From contig NC_043006.1 of assembly GCF_006345805.1 (NCBI RefSeq), forward strand, positions 95,852,001 through 95,916,000: DNA of 64,000 nucleotides, written 5' to 3'. The DNA is from Octopus sinensis (taxonomy: Eukaryota). This document shows, one piece after another, positions 15,120-28,127 of this stretch (position 1 is its first letter; every line of letters starts with the position of its first letter). Made by a program: the position numbers and the translations under genes. The notes under the pieces were generated by a model, which searched no databases, was not told the origin of the DNA, and saw nothing but the letters and a program-made list of their open reading frames with translations.

Positions 15120-15839
15120 GGTATACGCAACTGCACCTAGTTGTAAATTGATCCGGACCATTTATTCAAAGATCATTACTGGTGACGAAAGGTGGTACGA
15201 CGGATACGACCTGGAAACGAAGCAGCAATGAAGTCAATGGGAGCATGAAATGTCACCATGCCAAAACCCCTCCCCACAAAAAAACCGCATCAAGGGATGC
15301 CCTATATCAAGAAGATGCTGGTTTGTTTCATCGATGCGAAAGGAATTGTCCACAGAGAATTTGTTCCTCCTGGTCAAACTGTTAAGCAGACATTTTACTT
15401 GACAGTTCTGAAACATTTACGAGACGTAGTGAGACGAAAGCCCCTCCCCCGGACCTGTGGCAAAGTGGAGAGTGGTGGCCGCATCACGACAACGCGCCTG
15501 CGCCTACCGCCTTCAGTGCGAGACAGTTTTTGACCAAAAATTGCAAAACCTCGCTTACCCACCCACCCAATTCACCTGCGACATTTTTTGTTCCCCGAAT
15601 GAAAAGAGTCATTGAAGGAAAACGGTTTGCAGATGTGGAAGAAGTGAAGGAAAAACGACGTTAAAAGGCATCACTTCGCAAGAGTTCCAGGACTTCTTCG
15701 AACGGGGGAAAGTCCATGTGGATCAATGCAGTGCTTCATATGGAGAATATTTTGAAGGCAATAAAAGTGTGAACATGTAAAACTAAGAGAACAGAATAAA
15801 ACTGCAAAATTCCGCTTTCTTTTGGGTATAGCCTCGTAG
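15120..15839 (+). mobile_element. Decayed mariner (irritans-like), 3' half
   Basis: IITGDE.W..GYD.ETKQQ, KKMLVCFIDAKGIVHREFVPPGQTV, HHDNAPA; TIR-like end AAAATTCCGCTTTCTTTTGGGTATAGCCTCGTA. Confidence 0.85.
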
Positions 15840-15865
15840 ATGTTAATATGTATTATATGTATTGA

Positions 15866-15869
15866 TGAC

Positions 15870-15940
<71 letters not shown>

Positions 15941-15973
15941 CAGACAGAGAGATAGATAGACAGAGAGATAGAT

Positions 15974-16032
<59 letters not shown>

Positions 16033-16037
16033 CAGAG

Positions 16038-16076
<39 letters not shown>

Positions 16077-16077
16077 C

Positions 16078-16152
<75 letters not shown>

Positions 16153-16153
16153 C

Positions 16154-16229
<76 letters not shown>

Positions 16230-16230
16230 T
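15866..16230. repeat. (GATA)n/(GA)n microsatellite
   Basis: Direct sequence; source of the YLSI ORFs. Confidence 0.95.
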
Positions 16231-16309
16231 AAGAATACTTACACATGACGAAACATACTTGCGCATATTCGGACATACGTACTTCCAATTTCATGTAGGT
16301 AAAAATTAG

Positions 16310-16620
16310 TACCGTATTTTCCGCCATAAAAGTCGAAATTTTCAGACACAATCTTTACAGCGGAAAAAGATAGGTCGATTTATTCACCGAGATGACTTTG
16401 GAGGACCAAAACATTCCGTGTGAAAGATGGTGACGAGCTTTCAATGTTTACACTACATGTCTCATTGGTTTCAAATTTTGGCTTAAAGCCAGCACTTTTC
16501 TGGGGACTGAGCATGTCGATTATATTGACCGCAGTCCTCAACTGGTACTTATTTTGTCGACCCAAAAAGATGAAAACAAAGTCAACCTCGGCTGGATATG
16601 AACTCAGAACGCGAAGTCGG
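16310..16620 (+). mobile_element. Possible pogo-like transposon left end
   Basis: Starts TACCGTATTTTCCGCCATAAAAG, resembling pogo-type TIRs; no right TIR seen. Confidence 0.35.
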
Positions 16621-17029
16621 AGGAAATGCCGTTAAGCAGTTTATCCAGCGTTGTTGCTATTTTGCCATTTCTCCTCCTTACGAAGATACAGGAATATTAG
16701 TAATTGTGCAACCATACACTGGGTTGGTGGATAAGGATATATATTCATTATGCAGATATACAGGTGTGCGAGTTTGTTTCTGTTTGTGAGTACGTGTGTG
16801 TGTGTATGTGTGAGCTTATAACTAAAAAGATGATCACACACATATGTTGGTACAGATTTGTGTCTATAACACGTAAGAGATGCACACACAAGTAAACACA
16901 CGTGCACACCTGATATCTTAACTTAAAATTCATACCTATTCAGAGTTACTGTGAGATAATGCTTGAGATGGCCTGTGTCGACCCTGTCTACTTTATTTCA
17001 TTCATATCCAGTCGAGGTTGACAATAAGC

Positions 17030-17620
17030 GTAGGAGTGGCTGTGTGGTAAGTAGCTTGCTTACCAAGCACATGATCCGGGTTTAGTCCCACTGCGTGGCA
17101 CCTTGGGAAATGCCTTCTACTATAGCCTCGGGCCTACCAAAGCCTTGTCAGTGGATTTGGTAGACAGAAACTGAAAGAAGCCTGTCGTATATACATGTAT
17201 GTATACATATATATATATATATATATAAATCTCTCTCTCACTCTCTCTATATATATATTATATTATATTATATTATATTAAATTGGAGATAAAACCACTA
17301 TTAGGCAAATCAAACAGTGAAAATCATAAGCCAATACATAGAAATAAAATTAATTTAAAAAAAATATAAAATATAAAATATAAAAATTATAAAATACCAA
17401 ATTATATATGTATGTGTGCGTACATGTTTGCGTATCTGTGTTTGTACCCCCAACATCGCTTGGTGTGTTTACGTCCCCGTAACTTTGCGGTTCGGCAAAA
17501 GAAACCGATAGAATAAGTACTAGGCTTACAAAAGATAAGTCGATTTGCTCGACTAAAGGCGGTGCTCCCGGATGGCCGCAGCCAAATGACTGAAACAAGT
17601 AAAAGAGAAAGAGAAAGAGA
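17030..17620 (+). mobile_element. SINE family A, interrupted inside its microsatellite
   Basis: Head 17030-17190, foreign AT-rich insert ~17280-17400, tail 17420-17620. Confidence 0.85.
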
Positions 17621-18414
17621 GGGGCTTTGATTCACCAAAGACTCTGTTAAAAGTCTATTGAGCCTGATACGTCACTGTGGGACTGAATAAGATGCATCGT
17701 GATTGAGGAGCGTGCTCCGTAATCAATCGACCCTGCCGAAGTCTATACAGACGCACACGCATTCATACTCAAAGACACAGACGCACATAAAGATGCACAT
17801 GCGCAATGTACCAATATGGGCAGACATGGATGCATACTGCTGCTAAATGCAGTTATCAGTGAACCTCTTAGCAATCGTCCTTGTGTTTTAGTTATATTTC
17901 AGGACGGATAAGCCTCGCTCTTTGTCGTAGACTAGATCTGAAGCCGAGAGTAGCTAGTTTAGAAAGAACGCCTGAAGCCCCGACTAGCCCCGGATTCGAA
18001 ATCTCCTACAATTTTTCTTGTTTGTGTGTGTGTGTGTGTTCATAGCTAAAAAGTTGATTACAGACACATATGTTGGTACATATTTGTAGCATAACAGGGC
18101 AGTCTATAACACATAAGATCTACACACAATCAAACATGCAAACCCACTTTCTGTGGAGTGCTGTTAATGTGTGAGCAAGAGACGGACGACAAGGCAACGT
18201 CCAGATGAGCTGATAAGTGCAAAGACATTTATGGTCCTGTCGTGAGAAACAGATCCGCAACGTTTAAAGTGTCTGTATATGGGTGATGCATGACACGAGG
18301 TTGAGGACGAAACTATAAGAAGCAGAGAAATGATAATTGTGAAAGATATTATTACTCCAGGATTGGCTAAATTTAGGACGAGTATGGGAGTGGAGAGAAC
18401 TGTAAACTCATCAC

Positions 18415-18720
18415 TTACTTTACTTAAGCCTTCACTCCCTGTGGGGCATAGACCATCAACGGTTTCTCACTTTTCTTCTCGACTTAGAGCTGTCATTTCC
18501 TCTCCCAGATCTTGTTAGTTCTGTATTGTCATCAATACTTTCTCAAACTTCCTGTCTGTTCTTCACTTCTGAGAAGAGGTGACACATATAGGTCTGATCT
18601 CTTCTCTTTGACCTCCCCAGTAATGGAGACTCTACCAAGAAGTTGCTCTTCGCTTGCATAGCTCTCAGGGTCACCGAGGCGTATAAGCTAACAAACAGCA
18701 AATAAGGCGGCATCTTCTGA
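18415..18720 (-). mobile_element. Possible RTE-clade LINE end fragment
   Basis: Minus strand GGTCTATGCCCCACAGGGAGTGAAGGCTTAAGTAAAGTAA resembles RTE 3' termini. Confidence 0.35.
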
Positions 18721-19114
18721 TGGACGAGTTCGTTGTTGTATGATAAATTGGATTATATGCCCTAACTACAGAATATGGTATATTTGAATAGTTGTTGGTG
18801 GCTGAGAGTTTTAGGTGAGCTTTAATGGAGTTACGCTTGAATCGGTGGAGAACGAAGTGCTTGAGCTAGAATTAATGTAATCTTTTTGGCCGATGTGCTA
18901 GATAGAGATGTTAACTAACATGAAGAGTGGAATTTATGTGCGCTCAGAAACCACGTCCGCGAGTCTAACCTGAACGGAAAAGATGAATTATGCATAAGTA
19001 ATTTGTGTCTCCGAGACTCAGATCCTGTGTATCGGACCTCGGCTTATGTCATCATGAAGAGGACATCAACAACACCATCCGATGATTATCATAGTTTTAG
19101 CAATATGTTTACCA

Positions 19115-19195
19115 CTTCAAATTCCCCGAGGTCGACTTTGACTTACATCTTTTTGGGGTCGAAAAATTAAGAACCAGTTGCATACAAGGGTCCAT
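19115..19195 (+). mobile_element. SINE family B central fragment
   Basis: TCAAATTCCCCGAGGTCGACTTTGACTTACATC..GGGGTCGAAAAATTAAGAACCAG. Confidence 0.6.
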
Positions 19196-20894
19196 CTAAT
19201 CGTCTGCCCCCTCCCCCTCAATTTTGGGCCTTGTGCGTGGAGTAGTGACAACATAACAGAACATCGACAGCATCTAATACCTAAATGGAAGCGAATTCTT
19301 CAGCTGAAGTTGTTTCTGAGAATCTCTCCACAAAACAAGGCCCTGTCACAGTATGAAAAGTTCATTCCTAGAAACATATCGAATTACATTACACCAGAAA
19401 TATAAAGAATACAACTTGTGTGGTTTGTGAGCTTACAAGAAGTGATGTCCAAGGTCAAGGCCCATAATGCTATGTTAAAAAGGCAAAATAAATATCCATC
19501 GAGTTTGTTTATAGTTACTGGTGTTTAGAAGAGAGTGAAATAATCGGTGTATCGTTTGGAAGTAGTCTCCCACCTGTCAGGAATCTGGTCTCAATGCATG
19601 CAACAGACTAAGCGATATTAACTCGAAGTTACCGTGGGTCAGATTCCGTTGTTAAATAATGTTGTCCACTCTCTCCATGAACCAGAGGCATCCTAGATGC
19701 CATACAAAGCAGATTCCCTCTTATTTCTGGGGTCGCAGAGTCAAACAATTTGTGTACAAATGATGACCAGAATCAAACAACTTGTGTATATATAAAAGTG
19801 TTTTGTTATCAACATATGGATTTCGTTGCCTCAAAATTACAACAAAACGAAAATAAACACACATATACCTGTATACGCGTACACGCATATACACATAACA
19901 CTTAGTCAGACACCTGAAAAAAATACACATTCATATGTATACGTACGCACTTTGACAAACACCAGACGTTCTTCAAAAAAAGAAAATTCTCACAAAACTT
20001 TTCATGTATTGGCGACTATTACAACAAAATAAAAATAGTAGTAGCTGGACGAACGCCGCTAGATATTGGAAACAACAGGATATTGAAAACAAAGGCAGAT
20101 GGAGACAGTTAAAGAAAGAGAGGAAGAACAGCAATAGTCACTGTAAAGTCGATCAAGAAATCTATAAATAAATTCAGAAATTCAGAAGAACTTCAAAAAG
20201 TATATTTGTTTACATTTCAATATGTTTATATCTGTGTGTATGTATGTTTGCGTTTTTATAATACGTATATGAATATGTATGCATACATACAAATATATAT
20301 GCACACATAGATACAGACAGACGTACACAAACATACACACACATATATATATGTATACTTATATAAATATATGTATGTGTGTAAGTATATTTGTATGTAT
20401 GTATGTGTGTGTACATGTGAGGTGGGGAGAACGAGGGAAAAAGCGACGCAGAAGAACCCAGACAGTACAACTTTTGTTCATCTAAGGTGAAATATTCGAA
20501 AGTTGACGGCGTCAGTGTCGTCAAGGATCTGAACAGGCACTCGGGGCTATTATTTTCTTCGTATGTGTATAACATCAACGGATGGAATGAGATTCAGCTA
20601 TACCACTGAATGGAAGTATGCAATATTCCAAGACTATCGCTGCAGAATATCGAAATGTATCAATGACCATTTGCTTCGTCAGCCGCTGTTACATTAAAAA
20701 CAGTTACTCATTTAACCATACAATGTATGTATGTGTATGCATGAAGACGTACACCACCAAACACTCGCGATGACAAAATCGTTTATACACACACACACAA
20801 ACACACACACACACACATCTAAGTAGGTGTTTTGCAAGTATCTTGATGAGATATCGTGTGTTGGAAAAGTTATTGCTATATTTCGTGAAGGTTA

Positions 20895-21010
20895 TTTTGC
20901 CAATAAACACACGCACTGTTTATTTGAACTTCACTTTATTATTAGTTTATTTGTTATAGTTCTTTCGTGACACCTTCTGTCACCTCTCAATGACTATTTT
21001 TTCTTCATGC
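20895..21010 (-). mobile_element. Pseudo-LTR relic homologous to 40990-41160, with decayed hammerhead (20953-20997)
   Basis: Minus strand G-GTGACA(GAAGG)TGTCAC-GAAA-GAAC-TA; core mutated. Confidence 0.5.
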
Positions 21011-21909
21011 TTCTCCTCTCTAGTATTATCCTGTCTGTTCCATTCTATTTTTCCGTAAGTTGTATAACTATCAGCGCAAACGTAAACGCAACCTCACTCA
21101 GAAATGGGCTTAAAGGAAACTATCCCTGAGAGGTAAAGCAAAGGTAATGAATTCCTACATTTTTTCGGTAATAAATATCAACTGAACGTCGTCCCTGTTC
21201 CTCTCGAAGTTCGATCAGACTGGAGCGCATACTTTTCCGTTTCCTGGGGAAACGATGTGTTCCAGTGGTCAGTGGTCAGTCCTTCTATTGCTAACGCTCT
21301 CTGGAAGAAGGCGGGCCTTTTTCCTGCCATGGCATCATATACGCGTGCAAGCGCTGCCGTTATGCTGCATAAAAAATTTCCTGGACAGTGAGTCCGTGTA
21401 AGCTTCATTTGTAAGAAACGCAGCTCATCTCTTTGACGGAGCTGCAGTTCTATGTAAAGAGAAAACCAAGATTACGTGGTCTGGCTCCAGGAATGTCGTC
21501 AGGCGCTCTCAGCCCTCTACTAGTCTTGAAATGCAGTCGATGAAAGTTTTACGTTAGCAATGGACCTACTCAATGTACGCACTTCAAGACTGGAGAAGAA
21601 CATTTGGGAGAGTGCTCGTGGTCAGGGTGATCCTGCATTTCTGGAGCTTCTTGATTTGTAGATGAAACAGAGGTGACTGACGAAGGGGAATTTTCCTTGT
21701 GTTATATGTTCTGTACTCTATTTTTTCTTTGTTTAAGAAAAATGTCCATTTCCTTGGTTTTGTGTTTATGTTTTCGTTTCTCATTGTGTTCGACGTTTTT
21801 TTGGTGTCCCGTACCCATATATGCATGTATATATACATGTAGATGTAGGTACGTACATATATGTATGTATATATGCATATGTTTTATATGTATATAAATA
21901 TATATATAT

Positions 21910-21995
<86 letters not shown>

Positions 21996-21998
<3 letters not shown>

Positions 21999-22166
21999 CG
22001 CAGGAGTGGCAGTGTGGTAAGTAGCCTGTCTACCAACCACATGGTTCAGGTTCAGTCCCGCTGCGTGGCATCTTGGGCAAGTGTCTTCTGCTATAGCCCC
22101 GGGCAGACCAATGCCTTGTGAGTGGATTTGGTAGACGGAAACTGAAAGAAGCCCGTTGTATATATG

Positions 22167-22227
<61 letters not shown>

Positions 22228-22727
22228 GTACTTCGATCGTTTTCCGTCCTTTCGTTGTATACATTCGAAGCTTTCTTCCAGGGGATCTAATGCGCTTGGC
22301 TTAGATTTCCTTGGCGGGCCGGCCATATCGGAGCAATCTCAAGATTAATCAGCCGAAATTGCTAAGATGATCTGGTTCTTGACTGATGACTGAGGGCTTC
22401 GAATGTCCCGTCCTGTGGTTCTTGTGTCGTCTCTGTGGTGTTTCATGTTCTTGTCCATGTCTGTATTTAATTTTACTGTTTACCTATATATATATATATA
22501 TATATATGCGTGTGTGTGTTTGTGTCTCTGTGTTTGTCCCCTAGCATTGCTTGACAACCGATGCTGGTGTGTTTATGTCCCCGTTACTTAGCGGTTCGGC
22601 AAAAGGGACCGATAGAATAAGTACTGGGCTTACAAAAGAATAAGTCCCGGGATCGATTAAAGGCGGTGCTCCAGCATGGCCGCAGTCAAATGACTGAAAC
22701 AAATAAAAGAGTAAAGAGTAAAAGAGT
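21996..22727 (+). mobile_element. SINE family A, interrupted
   Basis: Head 21996-22160, (TA)n, insert 22225-22485, (TA)n, tail 22510-22727 ending AAAAGAGT repeats. Confidence 0.9.
22225..22485 (+). mobile_element. Pseudo-LTR-like insert in (TA)n with decayed hammerhead
   Basis: CTGATGA (22383)...GAATGTCCCGTC; flanked by (TA)n on both sides. Confidence 0.4.
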
Positions 22728-22734
22728 ATATATA

Positions 22735-24139
22735 TACTGTTGTGTCTGGGGAGAGTCATTCTCTTTTAGTGCCTTTTTATTTAACACACTCACCGGTAAA
22801 ATTTCCGCTTATTTCTTATTTTTATTTTCCTAAAATTTTCGTTGCGTCTTGCAGCCTTTTCAATAGTGTTGACTCTGTCCGTTATTTACACTGCGTTCCC
22901 TTTCGTTTGTTTGTGCGCATGTGTGTGGGTCCGTGTTTGTGTGTGTGTGCCTATACATGCATACATGTACGTATGTATGTGAGTGTGTGTGTGCATCTGT
23001 ATGTATGTATCCTGCATATTTATGTGCTTGCCTGTCCGTGTTTGTGTATTTTCTATGTGTGTGTGTGTGAGCATGTGTTTGTATGTGTATGCACCTCTGT
23101 CTCCTTGTGTGTGCATATCTGTGTGTGTGTGTGTGTTAAGTAACTATGTACCATGTTTGTATGTATGGATGTGCATCTTTATATGTATGCATCCGTGTCT
23201 GTTCTTGTAACCTATGTATCTATCCATCTGTATGTTGATCTGTTTATTTACATATATAAATGATTACATACAGAAAAAAAATTTTAATAAAATATATAAA
23301 ATATAAAAAATATGACAAAAACAAAAATTAATTATGATTATAAAAAAAGGCATACACACTCACTCACACCCACATACATACATACATTTATCTACCTAAC
23401 AGTCCACTAACTATTCTACTCTACCTTTGTAAACTGTGTGTATGGAGATATGGTACTTATTGTTTATATTTCCTATTTAATATTGGGGAAGTCTCATTTA
23501 TAAGGACGTACTTCCGTATTTGTCTGAGTGTTGGGTCTTTTGGGTGCTTGGATAAGATGCGGATGTCAAATTGACCCAAGTTACCTCCATGGTGGTCTTT
23601 GGCATGTTGGTAGATTATGGAGGACTGTTTTCTGTCGTCATATTGTCTTAGATGTTCATTTATCCGTTCCGCAATGCTCCTAGACGTCTCCCCTATGTAC
23701 GTCATGTTCATGTCCTTACAAGCACCTTCTATGCATCTTATGCTGTAAACTACATTTCGAGTTCTACAGGTAATACCAGGGCTAATTCTACATACCATGC
23801 AGTTATCATTGGTGCATATAGTATTCTTAAACGGGTAAGTCCTACATGTATGCATGTATAGGCTCACACACTCACACCTGACCCACACACATGCGCACAA
23901 GCAAACAAATAAAAGGGAACGCAGTGTAAATAACGGACAGAGTCAACACTATTGAAAAGGCTGCAAGACGCAACGAAAATTTTAGAAAATAAAAATAAGA
24001 AATAAGTGGAAATTTTACCGGTGAGTGTGTTAAATAATAAGGCACTAAAAGAGAATGACACTCCCCAGACACAACAGAATATGCTTCAACACACGAACTC
24101 ATATAAAGAATCTTGCAAACCAAATCCCAAAACGAAATG

Positions 24140-24140
<1 letters not shown>
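22735..24140 (-). mobile_element. Penelope-like element: GIY-YIG relic between inverted pseudo-LTRs
   Basis: ORF 23457-23900: C.VC...CRTRNVVYSIRC..C...YIGETSR...ER..EH; 22735-22960 is the inverted copy of 23865-24080. Confidence 0.9.
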
Positions 24141-24481
<341 letters not shown>

Positions 24482-25007
24482 AGCAATAATACTAATAAAG
24501 TAATACTAATAAAAAGGGTTCAGCCAAGATTTGCTTCACCACACACCGACGTGAAATGGTCCTTTTTTCATACCGAATTCTATTTGGTGAAATTATTAAT
24601 TACTTCTTAATTAAATAATTATACCCTTTGTTATTATAAGCAATAATAAATATCTGAACGAGGTATATTCAGTAATTGCACGACAATGTGAAGTATGTTT
24701 GCCACTTAAATGTGGCTAACCACTAAGAGTGGATGCTACTTTAACTTGTAGCCCCAGGAAGACATCTCCTCCAGCTGGCTATTAAAAAACTTTCTATGCC
24801 CTTTCAGTATTTGCAAAGGGAAGCCATCCTTCCCATCGTCGACCTGACGTGATACACATGGACCCGGGTTTCTGGGTATTTACACGTCGTCAGCGCACGA
24901 CAATCACCGGTCTTCGATGCGAAGGTGTCCCAATGCAAATACATGTATCCTTTTTCCAGTGTTTTTGTTGATTTTTCCGGCCTCTCCCCCCCTCTCTCTC
25001 TATATAT

Positions 25008-25082
<75 letters not shown>

Positions 25083-25109
25083 ATATATACATATGTATGT
25101 ATATATATA

Positions 25110-25545
25110 TATCCCTTCACAATCTTAATTGCTGCTGTTGCCTTCCCCCTAATGATGTTTCTTGCGCCCTTCCTGCGCCAGGGTGTGAGCAAGTGTTGCA
25201 AGCACCCTATCACGGTGCCATTTATATCTACATTGAAAAAGTGCTACTCAACACACTGCCAATAGGTGTTCCAGAGTGTCCCTTTTTCCACACAGTCTAC
25301 ACAGCTTGTTTTCTCTCAAAACCCATCCGTGCAAGCTTGTTGGCGTCGGAGTGTGTCTACCCGCAGCAAGAAGGAGATGCCAAAAAGTTCCAGCCTCCAC
25401 AGCTCAGTCCATGTGAGCTTCCTGTTAGGGAGGTCCCTTTTAATCCATGCACTCTGAGATACCAGTTCCATAGCTCTTGATATTCTTCGTTTCCGTTGTC
25501 TGAAATAGGAAAAACTAAGACACTGGCGATCCCTGCAATTAACTC
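25110..25545 (-). mobile_element. RLE-type non-LTR retrotransposon fragment (HERO/NeSL-like, CCHC region)
   Basis: Minus-strand translation across frameshifts: SQSAW..RKLTWTELW..ISFLLR..TLPTPTSLHGW..CRLCG...TLEHLLAVC..RYKWHRDRVL. Confidence 0.7.
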
Positions 25546-25554
25546 CAATGATGT

Positions 25555-25810
25555 GGAAAGAAGCCCGTCGTATATATGTACATATGTGTGTGTATATGCT
25601 TGTGTGTCTGTGTTTGTCCCACCAACATCGCTTGACAACCGATGCTGGTGTGTTTACGTCCCCGTAACATAGCTGTTCGGCGAAAGAGAGCTATAGAAAA
25701 AGTACTAGGCTTCTAAAATTCGTCCTGGGGTCGATTTACTCGAATAAAGGCGTTGCTCTAGCATGGCCACAGTCAAATGACTGAAACAAGTAAAAGAGTA
25801 AAGAGTAAAT
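25555..25810 (+). mobile_element. SINE family A, 5' truncated
   Basis: GAAAGAAGCCCGTCG, microsatellite, complete tail. Confidence 0.85.
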
Positions 25811-25996
25811 TCAAAGAAATAACCTCTGCGTAGTCAATTTAATGTTTATTTAATTTAGTGATATTTTGAATAATATTTATTATAGTATATCTAAATGTTT
25901 TCGGCTTTTAATATTGAATTACTTAATAGAGGTTATTTCTCTTAATTATATACATATATATATATATAAATAAATAAATAAATAAATAAATATATA

Positions 25997-26030
<34 letters not shown>

Positions 26031-26099
26031 ATGTATATTAGTATGTATGTATGTATGTTTATATGTATAAATGTATATATGTATGTATGAATGTATGTA

Positions 26100-28010
26100 T
26101 TTATTGAATAAATTTAAAACATAGTCTGGTTTTCACATTTTTCGATTAAGGTATTTTAACAAAATTAGCGCTTTCATACATAATGTAGTCATCAGATTTC
26201 AAATATGTTTAACTGACACTTGAGCTCTTGAGAACTTTATTACCACTTGGATCACTCCAACCAGATGAATTTTTAGAATACCTTTTTGACCAATCCGCAC
26301 GCACTTAAACAGCCCGGTTTGCCAGGTGCACCGATATTCTGTAACTTGTTTATATCTATTGATTCACATCGTTAACTGGTTGTCATAACATTGCTGTTAT
26401 TTCCGTTCAGAACAGGTTTGAACATTTTAATAAACCGTTTTCTTTTATCGTTCTTCCAACCTCCCTTTTGTCATGTAGTTTTTCGAAACAGTACAATGGG
26501 AGAAGCTACCTCCAAATTCGCGGCACAGTTATGGAGACACAATTTGCTCCAGTTTTCGAGAACTCAGTATTGAGATACTTGGGACAAAACCTATATCAAA
26601 AAATTGAAGAAAACTACGGTATGGCCTTTAGAAGCCATATAGATGACACATGGAAATGATACCTCGATGAATGTTTCCTAATTTGAACAAAATCATTAGA
26701 AAATCTGTAAGAATTCAGCACTCTCCTCAATAATCTACACCTTAATCTTCAATTCACAAGAGAAATCAGCAACACAATTACCATTTCCATCACATAATGG
26801 TTATTAAAACTAACAGCACAATGAAAACTAATGTTTATTACAAAAGCACAGATACGCGCCAGAACCTAAATTTCAAATAATGCCACCCAACAGATACAAA
26901 ACGCAACAACCCGTACTGTCTAGCCAGGAAAGTTTGTACTATAGTATATGATCCAAATACCATGAACATGCAACTTAGAGAACTCAAAGGATTTCTTCTC
27001 AAGCAAAATTATCCTCGCCTACTTATAGAAAATAGCATACAACGAGCAAAACAGATACTTATAGAACAATATAAGGCAACACGAGAAGAACGAGCCAATC
27101 AAAGGAGTACACTATTATTTCTAGGTAACACACAATCCGCATCACCAAGATGTTTTTAATATCATCAAAATATATTTACCAATCATAAAACAAAGTGAAA
27201 AATTAAAAACCATAACTTATCAAACACTTATCTTAAGCAAAATGCAACCACAAAACCTAAAGAAACTATTAACTAATGCAAAATTCAACATGAAAAAACA
27301 GAGTAATATATTCACAGTATCCAAGTGTAATGATAACAGATACGGAACGTGTCAATGCATACCTACAGGTAGATCAATTAGAACAAAAGCTGGGCAGATT
27401 TTCGCAAATGCAGATATGAAATGCAAAAGCAGAAATTTGATCTACTGCATTAAATGTCCGAATTGCAAGGAAGTGAATATTGGCGACACAGGGAATGCAT
27501 TATCGGAAAGCTCATGAGTCCACACACAACAAATCCGGAAGACCAATGTTCGCCAAATTCCATTGACTGAGCATATAGAGACTTGTAGTCAGAAAATGTT
27601 TCTAATTTTTCCTTTTCACAAACTACATGGCACGAGTGAGTTTGGAAGAACGATAAAAGAAAAACGGTTTATTAAAATGTTCAAATCTGCTCTGAACGGA
27701 AATAACAGCAATGATATGACAACCAGTTAATGTTGTGGATTAATAAATATAAACAAGTTACAGAATATCGGTATTCCTGGCAAATAGCGATGCTTAAGAG
27801 CATGGAGATTGATCAGAAAGCTATTCTAAACATTCAGCTGGTTGGAGAGTTCTAAGAAATACTAAAGTTATCAAGAACTCAACTGTCAGTTAAACACATT
27901 TGAGATCTGATGAGTACATTATGTATGAAAGCGCTAAATTTAAAATACCATTATTAAAAAAAAAAACCTGAAAACCATACTATGTTTTAACTTTATTCAA
28001 TTAATATATT
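26100..28010 (+). mobile_element. 5'-truncated Penelope element with inverted pseudo-LTR, RT and GIY-YIG relics
   Basis: YLQIRGTVMETQFAP, YLDE (YxDD-like), NLIYCIKC..C...IGDTG; 26100-26460 is the reverse complement of ~27650-28005. Confidence 0.9.
27898..27945 (+). ncRNA. Type I hammerhead in Penelope pseudo-LTR (second copy on minus strand at 26161-26203)
   Basis: CTGATGA-GTACA(TTA)TGTAT-GAAA-GCGC-TA; palindromic stem III AGCGCT. Confidence 0.65.
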
Positions 28011-28076
28011 ATTCTATACACATTCACACAATATATATATATATATATGTACACACACACACACATATATGTATGG

Positions 28077-28116
<40 letters not shown>

Positions 28117-28127
28117 ATGTGTGTCTA

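Noticed and set aside
24520-24570. Very degenerate hammerhead-like string on the minus strand
   Set aside because: The core has several substitutions and the stems are incomplete
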